Shown here one piece after another: positions 13,295 through 26,177 of a stretch of DNA of 64,000 bases; position 1 is the first letter of the stretch; each line of letters begins with the position of its first letter. This DNA is from Neoconidiobolus thromboides FSU 785. Its lineage: Eukaryota > Fungi > Entomophthoromycota. The stretch spans positions 124,001 to 188,000 of the forward strand of contig MU626272.1 in the NCBI GenBank assembly GCA_025603075.1, written 5' to 3'. Under the pieces are notes generated by a model. That model saw nothing but the letters and a program-made list of their open reading frames with translations. It did not search any database and was not told the origin of the DNA. Position numbers and translations under genes: made by a program.

Positions 13295-14125
13295 TTAAAA
13301 TAATAAATTTCTAGCCCAGCAAACCACTTCATAAGTAGTGGTTACCGCTTGTACACATCTTTGTATTAAATCTGGGTCCCCGTTCATTTCCTTGGGATAT
13401 ATCCTTGAGGCTTGAGATGCTTTATATGAAAGAAAAGAATCGAGTTCATCATCTTCATTGAATAAAGAAGTATCAACTTGTTTTAATATTATTAAATCTT
13501 CTTCTTCATTCTTTATAATCGTAGGTTCCATTTTTTTTACCATTCTTAAATCTTTTTGATTATCTGTTATAATAAATTGTTCTACTCTATGATTAAATCT
13601 TAACTTCGTTTTCTTTTTTGGTTTCTCTTTGAATAGGTCAGTATTTAGAGGCGTTAATTTCTTTAAAGCTGGTTTTAATTGAGTAGGTATAGCATTAACA
13701 AAGGAAGGTGATTTTGAAACTGGTGCACTTGATGTTAAACTTGGGTTTTTGTTCTTAAGTAAGGGTCCATACAACCAAGTGATATCATTTTCTTTATACC
13801 AATTTAATTTCTCTGGATTAAGGGTTGGTATATTTTTACGTTGTTTAGCCCATATCCTCCAAGATGCATTCTCTAATCTTGAACAATTTAAACTGGTATC
13901 ACTATGTCTAGATACTGCTTTCCATGATAAAGCTAAATCTTCAAATTCCCATTGATGAGTGAGATAATCGACACATTGGGATGGGACAGGTGCTCTTTCG
14001 AATGGATCATCGATATCTGTTGTTGGTGAAGTTATTTCCCATCCACAATTTGTAGGGACACAAGGCGGTAGATGGTGTCCTTTAAATAAGTTTGAATTAT
14101 TTGGTGGAGTGCTTGATAAAAGCAT
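13295..14125 (-). CDS. Reg1-like protein phosphatase 1 regulatory protein (DUF1752/AreA-N-like domain)
   Basis: VDYLTHQWEFEDLALSWK...SRLENASWRIWAKQRK...PEKLNWYKENDITWLYGPL, plus a Reg1-type PP1-docking segment KLRFNHRVEQ. Confidence 0.8.
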   Translation of the reverse strand: MLLSSTPPNNSNLFKGHHLPPCVPTNCGWEITSPTTDIDDPFERAPVPSQCVDYLTHQWEFEDLALSWKAVSRHSDTSLNCSRLENASWRIWAKQRKNIPTLNPEKLNWYKENDITWLYGPLLKNKNPSLTSSAPVSKSPSFVNAIPTQLKPALKKLTPLNTDLFKEKPKKKTKLRFNHRVEQFIITDNQKDLRMVKKMEPTIIKNEEEDLIILKQVDTSLFNEDDELDSFLSYKASQASRIYPKEMNGDPDLIQRCVQAVTTTYEVVCWARNLLF

Positions 14126-14395
14126 ATTGAATTATAATACAAGAAGTAAAAATATATTTTTTAAAATTAATATCAACATGGAATATTTTTCCACCTATTT
14201 ATATACAGCTATTTGTGGTAAGAGATAAGAATTAAGTTAGTGCATTAAATCAAGTTAAGTTGCTAGATTTATATAGCTATTTTTAAAGCATCCCTTTTTC
14301 TCATGCTTAAAATGGGCAAAAAGATTCAAGTTCGATGGTTTAAACTAGATAAGAAATTATTAATCTCATCAAATTCATTAAGTTTGTGTACAATG

Positions 14396-14628
14396 ATTGG
14401 TAAATAGAACTTATCTAACCAATTATATATCTTTATTAATTTACTTGATATAAATATTCTCACCCCTTAATACAAAAGACTATTTGAGATTATTAAATTA
14501 TTGCTCTTGACCTGTTAGCAGGTATTGAACTGTAAGTTTTAATTAGTTCCTATTGGGTGAGCTTAATTTAAGACCAATAATATCATTTGAAGCTATCATT
14601 GTTTCATTTTTACTTGTATGTGACCAAT
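14396..14628. promoter_or_regulatory. Cluster of five CCAAT boxes upstream of the Reg1-like gene
   Basis: CCAAT/ATTGG at 14396, 14419, 14552, 14574 and 14624. Confidence 0.4.
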
Positions 14629-15928
14629 AGTATTAATAAAATTTACTTCAATATTATCAAAATAAGGGGTGAGTAGAAAAAGTTCAACATTGTAGTTAAG
14701 GTGCATACTGGCTTGCTTAAATTTTATAAATTAAACAAGATTATCAAGAGAAATACGACAATTGCTATTTCATTAGTTGAAAATTTGTTAAAAAAAACTA
14801 ATAAAACCTAGAATTATAATATACAAAATAAGTTGTTAGTTATCTCACTTCCTTTTTTTAAAGATAAAGTGATCAACTTAACAAAAATAATTGGGGTTTC
14901 AACTTTCTTTAGCATGATTAGCTCATGATAACTTTTTTGTCAAGTTGTTTTAAAAGCCTTTACAGTTAGAGGGGAATTTTCCCACGGTTTAACACATGAT
15001 TTAATCCAAATTGGGATCTAGACACTTCTAATTGGTTTATTATATTGATCCCTTTTTATTCTTTTTAACTAGAATTTCATTGTTTTATCATATAAATTAT
15101 CATTTAATGATATAAACCAAAATTAAAATAAAATCATACTACTAAGATTAATAAAAAACTATTGAATTTATTATTATTATATTATTTAGAATGTTATATT
15201 AATTTAACCTATCTAAAATGACATTAACAATAAGCTGTAAATTAATTTTAGTACTATTTTATATTTAATCATTAATTCTAATTAAAAAAATTCTAAATGT
15301 AACAATCAATTAAAACATTATAATCATTGTTTAACATCAAAATAGAATCCAGCTGAAAAAATCAAGTTTCATGTCATATAAAATACATTGTGTGATAAAA
15401 TCAATAATGCTAGCAATCTAATGATATTACATAATTTAGTTTTTAAATTTATTAAGATTTTAACACTTTTATACATTTCATAATATGCTTTAAAACTATC
15501 ATTATGAAAATAATTTTACTGTTATAAATGATATTATATATATTAATGCAGTATAGTGATGAGTAATAGCAAAAACTAGTTTTATAGGATCTTATTATTT
15601 TAATACATTTATATGATAAATTTTACACACTTTATTTAATGTGTTCTTATTTTCAAGATAATTAATATGGAATTGATGATTTATCTTTAATAAATGTTAT
15701 TCATTTAGTTGTAGCAAAGCACTATAATATTTTAAAAGCTAAAATGATATAATAGGTGGGAAAAATAATCAATGTTAATAGGTTACTTAGAATACAGTGA
15801 AGATAAAATCTTTGTTTAATTTTATCGTTGTTTTATAATAAGGATTTAAAAAGCAGATACTGTTGATTAAAATCAATATTTTAATTTTTCAATTTCTGTG
15901 TATTTAAGACTGAAATTAGATTAGATAT

Positions 15929-16023
15929 GGGGATGTTTTTTTGATTTCATTACTTTCCCTTTTTAAGCACTATTTGAGCAGAAAAATTGTTAGTAAAATT
16001 CTTAAATATAAAAATACATCCCC
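15929..16023 (-). mobile_element. MITE family A copy 4
   Basis: Reverse orientation; near-perfect GGGGATG/CATCCCC termini; ATAT/ATAT flanks. Confidence 0.92.
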
Positions 16024-16359
16024 ATATATTACATAAAATTAAGATTTATTTTTAATATATTTTTATTGAAAGTTATGATAATTTTTTAAATAATCCCTAG
16101 ATCAATTAAATATTTAAAAATATAATTACATTTCACATTAACTCTCTAGATTTGTTTTACTTTCCAAACAAAGAAACTCTATTCCATTTTTCTATGAATG
16201 CTTCTTGCTACAAATATCACTTTACTTTAAGATTATAGTTCTGGACTTGGTTTTACCTCTTGCTTTTATTTCTCCAGTTATTACTGAGATCTGTTAATTT
16301 TATGATGTGGCTATTAAACTTTACCCTTCCGCAACAGACTCTCTTCAACTATAACATAT

Positions 16360-16459
16360 GGGGATGTATTTTTTGTATTTAAGAATTTTACTAACAATTT
16401 TTTCACTCAAATAGCGCTTAAAAGATGGAAAAAGTAATGAAGCCAAGAAAAGCACTCTC
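16360..16459 (+). mobile_element. MITE family A copy 5
   Basis: GGGGATG...CACTCTC; intact AGCGCT core; ATAT/ATAT flanks. Confidence 0.9.
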
Positions 16460-17477
16460 ATATTGTATATTATTTATCAGAGCATTCTACGCCCATAAAT
16501 CGTTCATCATCGCTTTAATTGTTTTAACTATTCTTTTTCTGGACTTGAAAACTTATTATTAAGCTGTCTTCTTTTTTAGTTTTATTATAAAACTTGCTTT
16601 TCTTGGCTAAACTCCTCTCTCCCACCAATTCTTTTAATTGGAATTTATTATCATAAAGATACGGAAAATAGTTATGCCTTGGGTTAAATTTTATTCCCAT
16701 ATATCAAAATTAAAAAAGTAGGGTTATTAATTGCAATATTAACTTTAAAGAGGGCTTTAGTTACTTAGCTTTTCTCTATTTATAAGTTGGTAGAATTAAA
16801 AAAAGAGAAGAGAAATATATTTATCAAATAAAGTTTCTATCTAAAAAGGTAAATATTAATATAGGTCAAGATGCCATCAGACTAGCAGCTAACGAGCTAA
16901 TATTTTTACTTTTGTAGGATTTGATAATCGAAATAATAATTAGGGACAAGAAGGAGTTAAAGTAGGTTTCTTTTGTAATAATGGCATAAAGTTTCTCTAT
17001 AATATTTCCAGAAGGATTTGAGGGAGGAGGTTTTTTATAATATTAATATACAAGTGTTTTTTTACTTTATTCTGTTTTACTCAATAAGTGATGAATGTTT
17101 AGTTCTTAATCATTTTTAGAAGATTATTAAATGTATAGATTTACGTATTGTATTTAACTCATAAATTTAAGTAAAAGAAAAATATATTCACTAAATATAA
17201 GACTATACCAAAATACTGCACCTTTCAAATACTTAGTAACTATCATATAGACAAGTTTTATCAATAGGATTTTAAATTATAAATTTCAATATAAAAATAA
17301 AATAAAATATTCCTCACTTAATAAACTAAAACAACTACCATTTCAAAAGATAAAAATATGCAATAAGCCCAAATTCTATTCAATGGTAAAGGGTAGATTA
17401 TGTGACTAAAAAATAAAATATATCAAATTTATAAGCTCGTATATTAAATTAACATTGACATTTTTATCTTCCTCTTT

Positions 17478-17822
17478 TTAGATATAAACGTGTACCACGC
17501 CATAAAACAGTGTCCAAAATAAAACATGGGAAAGTAATCCACCAAGTACTCCATGCCACATCATCGCTGTCATTGGAGAAACAAATAAATCCTCAAGTCT
17601 CTGTTTTGTAGGTAATACTTTTAATACATAAATCAACATGGACATCACAATGGAACATATTAAATAAAATAAAAAACCAGAATAGCCTTTGAGTCCGAGT
17701 ATACCACTGATAGCTCCAGAAAACATAGATAAGCAACTACGGAGAAAATCAACTGTTTCCAGATTTTGTTGCATATATAACTGATCATATTTTTCCAGAG
17801 TAGGGTCAAGTTTAGGATCCAT
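17478..17822 (-). CDS. EMC6: ER membrane protein complex subunit 6
   Basis: 114 aa with three hydrophobic segments; QNLETVDFLRSCLSMFSGAISGILGLKGYSGFLFY...VLFWTLFYGVVHVY. Confidence 0.9.
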   Translation of the reverse strand: MDPKLDPTLEKYDQLYMQQNLETVDFLRSCLSMFSGAISGILGLKGYSGFLFYLICSIVMSMLIYVLKVLPTKQRLEDLFVSPMTAMMWHGVLGGLLSHVLFWTLFYGVVHVYI

Positions 17823-17967
17823 TTTTTTTAAGTTTTATAAAAAGATAAAATTTTTAGATTTTCAAAAGTTGAGTTTTTGAATTTCAAAAGCTGGAAATTT
17901 TTTAGGATTCTATTCTCTATTAAAAATTTAAATAAATACATGTCAAAGTATATTAAATACATTGAAC

Positions 17968-18008
17968 TACTAAATAAATAAATAAATAGATAAATAAATA
18001 AATAATAA
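17968..18008. repeat. (TAAA)n microsatellite between EMC6 and the TYW1 3' end
   Basis: taaataaataaataaatagataaataaata... read directly. Confidence 0.8.
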
Positions 18009-18088
18009 TAAAACCTCAATTTGCATATAAAAAATATTTATTACAAATAAAATCTATCAATAGTAACCCTAAATCAATCTCAATCTTT

Positions 18089-20224
18089 TTAATTCTTCTT
18101 CTTTCTATAATGTCTAGTATCGGTAGGAGCAAACCCTTGTTCATCTGATCCAAATAGAGCCCAATCCGGTGTTTTAGCACAATAGTCTAAAGAAGTAAAA
18201 GGTTTACCCTCTTCCACCAATTGATGGAATTTGTCATAATCAATCCAAGTGTACCAACCATCTTCTCTCTTGAACTTTTTATTGGTCATTAAAATAGATA
18301 CAGAATGAGCATGTTCACACGAAATATCGTAGATATTGTCTTCACCTAATTCTTTTTGAATTTGTTCTACAAAATGAATTACTTCATTATGATAAGGTAC
18401 ATTTTCCATAGTTAAGCCAGAGGTGGCACCAAAACCACAAAAAGTAACTCCTTTAATTTCAATAAAATCTGGTTTACCACGTAAAATTAATTCCGCATAA
18501 TTCTTAATTTCTTCAGTATTATATGATTTAACTAAAGTTAATCGATAAACAGTACGTTGACCTTTACGACTCAATGCATCTAAAGAATCTAAAAAGCGTT
18601 CCCAGAAATCACGGAATAATGGTCGGTCCACCTTTTTTAAACTTTCTTTAGTAGCTGCATCCACACTAACATATAATTGAGTCACTGGAACTAATTCAGC
18701 AATTTTATCTGGGAACTGAGCATTAGTCACCAAGAAACTGGATATTTTTTTAGAATGTAATAAAGAAACAAATTCGTTAATATGTGGATACATAATAGGT
18801 TCACCAACAAGAGATAAAGCACAATGTTTAATTTGAAATGCCTCTTCAAATCTTTCAGGTAAAACACCAGGTACACCTCGCATTTGTTTGATCATTTGAT
18901 AATGATTTTGCATAGCACCATCTAAAATAAACTTAGGATCATCTAAATTCCATCGCCATTCAGTACCTACTGGGTTAGTATGATGTCTCCAACAGAAAAC
19001 ACACTTATTAGCACAAGCTAAACTAGGGGTAGTTTCCATACAAAGATGACTTTTAATTCCATAAAAAGCATGTTTATAACAATAACCTCGACCACGTAAA
19101 GCTGCTTTTGTCCATCGACACATTTTTACACCAGAATGAGTACCAACAATTTTATAACCTTGTTTCGTTAATGATTTATGTAACATTGGATTAACCATAT
19201 CTCTTAACGGTCTTGGTTTGACTTCTTCCTCGCCATTAGAGCCTATATTCCGTTTTGGGTTACCACTTTGATTTAATAACATATCATCATCTTCTTGACG
19301 TTCTTTTTTAGCCTTAGAAATATTTTTTGCGATTTTACCAATATCTTCTAAATCAACCATTTCATCTTCAGATAATTCAACTGAATTATTACTATCATCA
19401 TCTGAAGTAACATAATTTTCAATATCAATTTCAATATCTTGTTCGGTAGCTAATAAAGCGGGACGTAATTTCGATAACCATTCATTAAAACTTTTTTCTT
19501 GATCTAATTGTTTATCACCTTGGCCAATATAATAAATTCGATTAGCTCCCAAAGCTTTTAAACATTTATCTAAATGCAAAGCAGTTTGGTTAAATTCATT
19601 ACTGTAAGCCGAATCTCCAAGTCCAAATATTATATATTTTAAATGATGTAAACTTCCTTTTCCTACTCGCCAATCATGTTTCGCTTCTTCTAACCATTTT
19701 AAAAACCAATCATAGGGAGCTTCGACATTGTAACTAGATAAGATAAATGCAACAGTACACTTTTCATCTACAAGGTTCTCCGGATCATAATCAACGATGT
19801 CCAAGGTCTTTGGATTAAATTCAGTTAGGTCCTTCTCCGCTTTTTCGGCAAATTTTTTAGCTGTTCCTGTCATACCACTGTAAACAATTTTAATATTATC
19901 TTTCTAATGTTTATTTATTTATTAGTTTACTAAAAATAAAAATAAAAATATTTAAACCTTTACCTTACAACAAACGCCCCCTGTAGAACAACCATTGTTA
20001 TTACATGATTTTTCTTCTTCTTTTTCAATAACTGTCTCGTTTGATTTTACTTTTTCTTTTTTAATGGATTTATTTTCTTTTTTATTTTCTTTTTTATTTT
20101 CTTTTTTAAAATAATTGGTCAATAAAAGAGAGCGATGTAACACATAAGATGTAATTATAATAGCCCCAGTAGCTAATAATATATTTCTTGGATCAAAACC
20201 AAATAAATTGGATTCAAGTCCCAT
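18089..20224 (-). CDS. TYW1: tRNA wybutosine-synthesizing protein 1 (TM anchor, flavodoxin domain, radical SAM domain); 2 exons
   Basis: Exon 1 (20224 to about 19963) encodes a TM segment. Exon 2 has IVYSGMTGTA and IFGLGDSAY (flavodoxin), CANKCVFC (radical SAM), HCALSLVGEP and IEIKGVTFCG. Confidence 0.95.
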
Positions 20225-21772
20225 TTTTAAATATTTCTTTTGAGTAAAAAAAATAAAATCAAACTCAAAGTTTGAATCTTTGGTTTTAGAGCTCGAGGTT
20301 TTAGTTAAGATTATCAGCAGCCAATGAAATCCAGGTTAATTGCTAGCTTTTTTTGAGACAATTTTTCCAAATTAAGTAGGTTGGATTTAACTTAATGTCC
20401 CATAAACACTTACGTGGCAAATCTTTAAAATATCAAAAAGCAAAAAACTAGTACTAACACAAGATCCAGGTACTAATTCTTCCAATCTTTCAATCTTTTA
20501 ATAACCCTATCATCTTTATTTTTCTGCTAACACTTTCTCAGTAAACGTTTTTTCTCAATTATGTTTTATTCCCTTGACAATTTATTGGGGTTGACCTTAT
20601 TCTATTTGAAGTAAAAGCCATTGTTGAAAAGTTTAAAAAAAGAAAAGCTATCAATTCTAAGCCTTTCATTTAAGTAAATTGGAAATTTGATAATAAACAG
20701 CCTATATTCCTGTAAGATAACATATTGATATTTATTGAAGAAAATTCAATTATAACAATACATAGTCTTGTTAGAACTAACACATTCATTTTTATTTACT
20801 CTTATCTCAAAAACTCATAAAATTACAAACAAAAAGTCAAATCAATATTATTATAAACATGCTTATCAACGATCGCTCTACTAAAATATAATCATCTAAC
20901 ACATTTCCTCAAGATAAATCCAGTACTATTATCACTACTATAAATAATAAATCTAAATCACTCCTAGAGAACGAAATATATTACAATCTTATATTTATGG
21001 AGCACTATTTGATTTAACTACTTTAGATTTGACTTCTCCCATGTTATTTAAAAATCAAACCATTACTACCTCAGAAGAAATATATTTAATTATTAGTCAT
21101 TTTGGTCTAAAATATAATTGTTAACTAATATGATTGATAAGCATCATATTGAATTAAGGTTTCCTGATGAAAATAATTAAAAAGGAGTTGTAATTGAGAA
21201 ATTGGAAGTTCCAACTAGTAAAATGAAGTTTTATTTATCAGAAGATAATTAACTAGTATTATTTATATGATTATTCATTCTTAAATGAAGTAACTCATAC
21301 TATTTTTATCAGTTATTAGTAATTTTGTATCGACGAATCTCTTTTATTTTTTGTTAGGTTAAAAGTGGGCTTAAAAAAGTGACTGTAAATATAAATATAA
21401 TTTTTTCGAAGAAAAATTGGCTTGAGAAACAGTTATTAACAAATTTTTAAATTTTGTAAATGTTTATAAAAATAATAAAGTGTAATACTGTGATAAGAAA
21501 AAATATTATTTGTTAAGTAGAAAAATATAGCATAATATATCAAAAATTATTTATTTTACAAGTGTAAAATTCCACCTCTTTTATTCGAAATTATCATTAT
21601 AAAATCAACTTGATAAAAATAGCCATAATTACAATAACGTTAAAAGTGAAACGATATGGATTGAATAAAAATCCCATAAAATTTTAAATCTGAGATTCAA
21701 AATTCTATCAAAAAATACTTCAAACAAAACTCAAATAGCCATCTGTTATAAAAAGTCTATTCAACTTCAACA

Positions 21773-23914
21773 ATGCCTGATCCATTTTTTAAAGCAAGCA
21801 AAAGTGACTCCAAGAAATCGAATAACAGTTTACAGAAACGAAAAAGAAAAGGAAATAATATTAATGAGAATGAGAAAAGTCTTAAAAGCAATAATAAAAA
21901 CTTAGAAGAAGATGTAACTGAGTCAAGTGAAGGGGAGGAAGGGGAAGAGGATTATGATAGTGAAGAAAATAATGAAACTGCAGAAGAAAAAAGGTTACGT
22001 TTAGCTAAAGAATATTTAAAAGGATTAAAAGAAGGATTTGGTAAGTAGAAATTCAGCTACTATTTAAACATGAATAAATATTGATTAAAATTAGTTGGTG
22101 ATGAGTTAGAAGTTGATGCCAAAGAAATTGATCGTGATATTATTACACAAAGATTATTAAAGGATTCGGTAATATCTATTTTAAACATTGTTGGGTTCTG
22201 AGTTTTAATATTATATATAATACTAGTTAGAAGCAGAAAATAAATTATACTTTAAAATAGCTGAACAGGTAATTGAGTTCTGTTTATTAAGTTAAAATTT
22301 AGTTAATAAAAAACAAAGATACCTGATCTTGAATCTTTTACAATAAGAGTAAAAAAAGCCCACCAGTTAGCAGTTACTTGTGTTGAAGTAGATATCACCA
22401 GAAATCGTATTATTACTGGATCAAAGGATGCATCTATTATTATATGTAAGTTTGTTTTTATAGAAATAATAATAGTAATAAGGTTATTTTGGTTTTGGGT
22501 TCAATTAATAATTTATTTATTTTTTATATAGGGGATTTTAATACATTTCAAAAAATACATACATTTCCAGGTGGCAGGAGAGAATTAAAAAAATTTGAAG
22601 GACATACCAAACCTATATTATCAATGGCACTTTCATTTGATGGGAAATTACTAGTAATTTTAAAAAATATTAGCTTCGTAAATTGAACTAAATTAATATT
22701 ATTTATACTTTATTTAATAGGCATCAGGTGGGAGGGATAACAAAATTATTATTTGGGATTTGGAAAGTTTAAATTACAAGGGTCAATTTATTCAGCATAA
22801 AGATGCTGTTTCAGTAAGAACAATATAAATATGAGTATGTATATTTATATACTTATATTTAATTATTAGGGCCTTACTTTTCGATTAAATTCGTATGATT
22901 TATATTCTTGTTCATTTGATCGAACTATTAAAGTATGGAATGCAGAAGAAATGAGTTATATTGAAACATTGTAAATCATATATATTATATAGTTAACTTA
23001 TAGCTTATTTTTTGTATTTATTAATTTAGATTTGGACATCAAGATCATATTTATGATATTCAAGCATTATCTAAAGAACAATGTGTTACTAGTGGAGCAA
23101 GAGATAAAACAGTTCGATTATGGAAAATTATTGAACAAACTCAATTGGTATTTAGGGCAGGTATGACTACCAAATCAACCGAAAACAAAGATAAAAATAG
23201 TAGAGAAATCGATCAAGAAGAAAATGAAACTAAAGAATCAACTCAAAATAAAGAAGGTATAATAAAGTATGTTGAAGGCTCAGTAGACAAAGTATGTATG
23301 CTAGATGAAGTGAATTTTATCTCTGGTGGAGATTCTGGAAATTTATGTGTTTGGAATACAAATAAAAAAAAACCTAGTTTTACACTTCCGTTAGCACATG
23401 GTTTAAATCCATTAAATCAACAGCCTAATTTGATTACGGCAGTGGCTTGTTTCCCATTTACAGATTTAGTAGCTTCAGGTAAATTTTTTTTACATGTTAA
23501 TTAAGATGTAAAGTTAATAAAAAATTCATCATTTAGGTTCGACTGATGGCTATTTAAGATTATGGAAAGCTAATTTTGGACAAAAAAGAATACTTGAACC
23601 TATTACAAAGGTTCCTATGGTAAGTTTCTATTTAGATTACAATCGCAATTCAATAATAATTTAATATTTTTATTTAATAGGAAGGCTTTATAAATTCAAT
23701 AAAAATTAGTACCAAAGATAGTAAACATCATAAAATGATAACAAAAAAAGGAGAAGGAGTAGAAGGAAATGAAGAGAAAGAAAGCATTAAATATAATATT
23801 GTAGTTGGTCTTGGGCAAGAATCATCATATGGAAGATGGGATATCAATAAAAATTGCAAGAATCGTATTGTAGTAGTGGAAGTTCCACTTATAGGGAATC
23901 CAAAATCGGTTTAA
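21773..23914 (+). CDS. RRP9: U3 snoRNP-associated WD40 protein Rrp9/U3-55K (multi-exon)
   Basis: MPDPFF, ETAEEKRLRLAKEYL, TGSKDASII, QHKDAV, SCSFDRTIKVW, LFGHQD, VGLGQESSYGRW. TAA at 23912-23914. Confidence 0.92.
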
Positions 23915-24138
23915 GTGAAGTGAAAAGATAATGAAGTGAGGGTTTTAGAAGGAACAGAATTTTATAGAGTTTTTAATATATATTTTTATTATAAATAAAC
24001 AAAAAATATATTTTATTTAGTTAAATATTTATTTTAGATATAAAAATAAAATTTTATTAAAAATAACTCAAAAAAAGTAAGTAATAAAACTTGATTTTTA
24101 TTAATAACTAATACTCTAAAAAACTATTCTTCCTATAT

Positions 24139-24837
24139 TTATCTACCTAAAATAGCATTAGATCTATTAGCCAAAATAAGTTTGTGTAATTCTAATTTCT
24201 TAGCCAATACAGAACTTTCTCCATTCATAATGGCAATCAATTCATTAGCGAATTTTTCACTAGCAGATCTATTTTTTCTTTTCATTGCAGCAGTCAATAT
24301 CCAATTAATACCAATTCTATTTCTTTTTCTTTGACTAATAGCTCTTGGAACTTGTACTGTTTTACTACCTACTTTTGAACTTTTAGTTTTCATTAATGGA
24401 CTTGCTTTTTCTACTGCACTAGTTAATACTAAATATGGATCCGATAATGTTCTTTGTCGGATTAAAAATAAAGTTTTATTCACTATTTTTTCCGCTTTTG
24501 ATTTTTCTCCATTTTTCATTACAAGATTGACAAAAAGAGATAATAATGGATCTCTTTTTAAGGATAATCGTTCAGCATCAGTAAGTTTATCACTTTCTCC
24601 TAATTGGGATAAGCTGGTGATTTTACGTTCGGCGGAAGCAGTAACCTTGGTTTCTGAAACTGTTGAAGTTGCTTCTACTTTATTTGCATGTGCTTCTTTT
24701 GGTTGAATAGTTAATTTAGACAAATCATTTAATAATTTATCAGCATCAGTTGATACAGTAGATAAACATCTATAAGAGGACAATACGGTGATCCTTGTAA
24801 TATTGGTTTTTAATAAATTGGAAGTTAATCTATTCAT
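24139..24837 (-). CDS. RSM7: Mitochondrial ribosomal protein uS7m
   Basis: FVNLVMKNGEKSKAEK, AVEKASPL, VQVPRAISQRKRNRIGINWI, AKKLELHKLILANRSN. Likely start is MNRLTSNLL at 24837 (presequence-like). Confidence 0.88.
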   Translation of the reverse strand: MNRLTSNLLKTNITRITVLSSYRCLSTVSTDADKLLNDLSKLTIQPKEAHANKVEATSTVSETKVTASAERKITSLSQLGESDKLTDAERLSLKRDPLLSLFVNLVMKNGEKSKAEKIVNKTLFLIRQRTLSDPYLVLTSAVEKASPLMKTKSSKVGSKTVQVPRAISQRKRNRIGINWILTAAMKRKNRSASEKFANELIAIMNGESSVLAKKLELHKLILANRSNAILGR

Positions 24838-25149
24838 TTTTATCGTTGTTATTAAAAACAGTATTAATGTTGATAAAATTAAGTATTTTGGTATTAGGTT
24901 TGATATTAGGTTTAGGATTACTTTGGGTTTAATTGGTTTTATGGGTTTTTTTATAAAATTGGTTGGTTTAATTTGTGCAAATATTGAGTTTACGAGTGTA
25001 ATTTCTTCTCTTATTGGTTTACTTTTCATTGCAAACATTCCTTCATTCATCTTCAATTTCAATTTCGACTATTATTGGCCAACTCAACGATTAAATTTAA
25101 TATCTAATAGATAATCTAGAATTTGAAATTTAATTAGATTTTATAAAAG

Positions 25150-25702
25150 ATGATGAATCGTATTAGCACAAGTTTAAGATTATCAAGTTTAGCTAGTCGT
25201 AGCAGTCGAGTATTACGTGGCGGAGGAGGTGGCGGTTATCCATATAATGAACCTGGAGGTAGATTATTTAATGAAAAAGTAAGTTAACGATGATTTTCTT
25301 AAGCTAATTACATTATAAAAAAAGTATACATTAATTCTTTTTTACAAAAAAGTTATAATATTTTTTGACTAATATTTTCATATCAATTAGCCTTTACAGC
25401 CCGGAGAAAAAAGAGTCAAAGAAGAATGGGAGGGTATTTGGTTTTGGGGTTGGACAGCTTTTTTTACTATTGGTTTTGTTGGATATTATTATAAACCAGA
25501 TAACAGGTAATTTTATTAATTTAATTTATTAATTTACCACTATAAGTAGATGTTACTCAATGAAATAAAAGTTAATCTAACAAATTGTAGTATTTCCACT
25601 TGGGCTTATCATGAAGCTAAAAGACGTATGGAAGAACGTGGTGAAAATTGGGATTATGAACGTACTCCAATCTCTACTGAATTTTTACCAAAGAAGGAAT
25701 AA
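25150..25702 (+). CDS. Complex I accessory subunit ESSS/NDUFB11 (3 exons)
   Basis: Arg/Ser-rich presequence, YNEPGGRLFNEK-PLQPGEKRVKEEWEGIW, one TM helix, YKPDN-SISTWAYHEAKRRME. Confidence 0.85.
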
Positions 25703-25878
25703 GTAGTTGAGCTAACAACTAATTTTTTTATAAAAAGAAATTGATACCTTATAATATGTAGTAAGATTGAGTTTTAATTTCTGATTTTGTTATTTACTTT
25801 TTTTGTGTAAATTGTTAATTATTTTTCATAACTTTATTTATTATAAATAGAAACAGATACTTTAAAAATTTAGTATAT

Positions 25879-25975
25879 GGGGATGCATTTTTGGGTTCAA
25901 GAAATTTACTAATAAATTTTCCATCTAAATAGTGCTTGGAAGGTGGAAAAAGTAATGAAACAAAAAAAACCTCCC
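25879..25975 (+). mobile_element. MITE family A copy 6, in the convergent NDUFB11/COX15 3' interval
   Basis: GGGGATG...CCTCCC; flanks ATAT/ATAC. Confidence 0.85.
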
Positions 25976-26177
25976 ATACTGTTTGTTATTATTATTATTT
26001 AGTCAGCTTATTATTTTAACCTATACTTAATGTTAAGTATAATTAAAACTAAGAAGTTATTTTGTAGTATTATTTCAAAGAAAGTATTTTAAAATTAAAA
26101 ACTGAAAATTAGGCTTTAGTTAACTTCTAATATTTATTTTATTTTATTTTATTTTATTTTATTTTATTTTTCTTGAT

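Noticed and set aside
17828-18019. 63-aa ORF with YLFIYLFIYLF
   Set aside because: Translation of the (TAAA)n microsatellite.
24788-25114. Overlapping open frames on both strands (75-codon N-terminal extension of RSM7 and a 108-aa plus ORF)
   Set aside because: Low-complexity, strand-skewed (aaacc/ggttt) leader sequence. The downstream ATG at 24837 gives a normal mitochondrial presequence.
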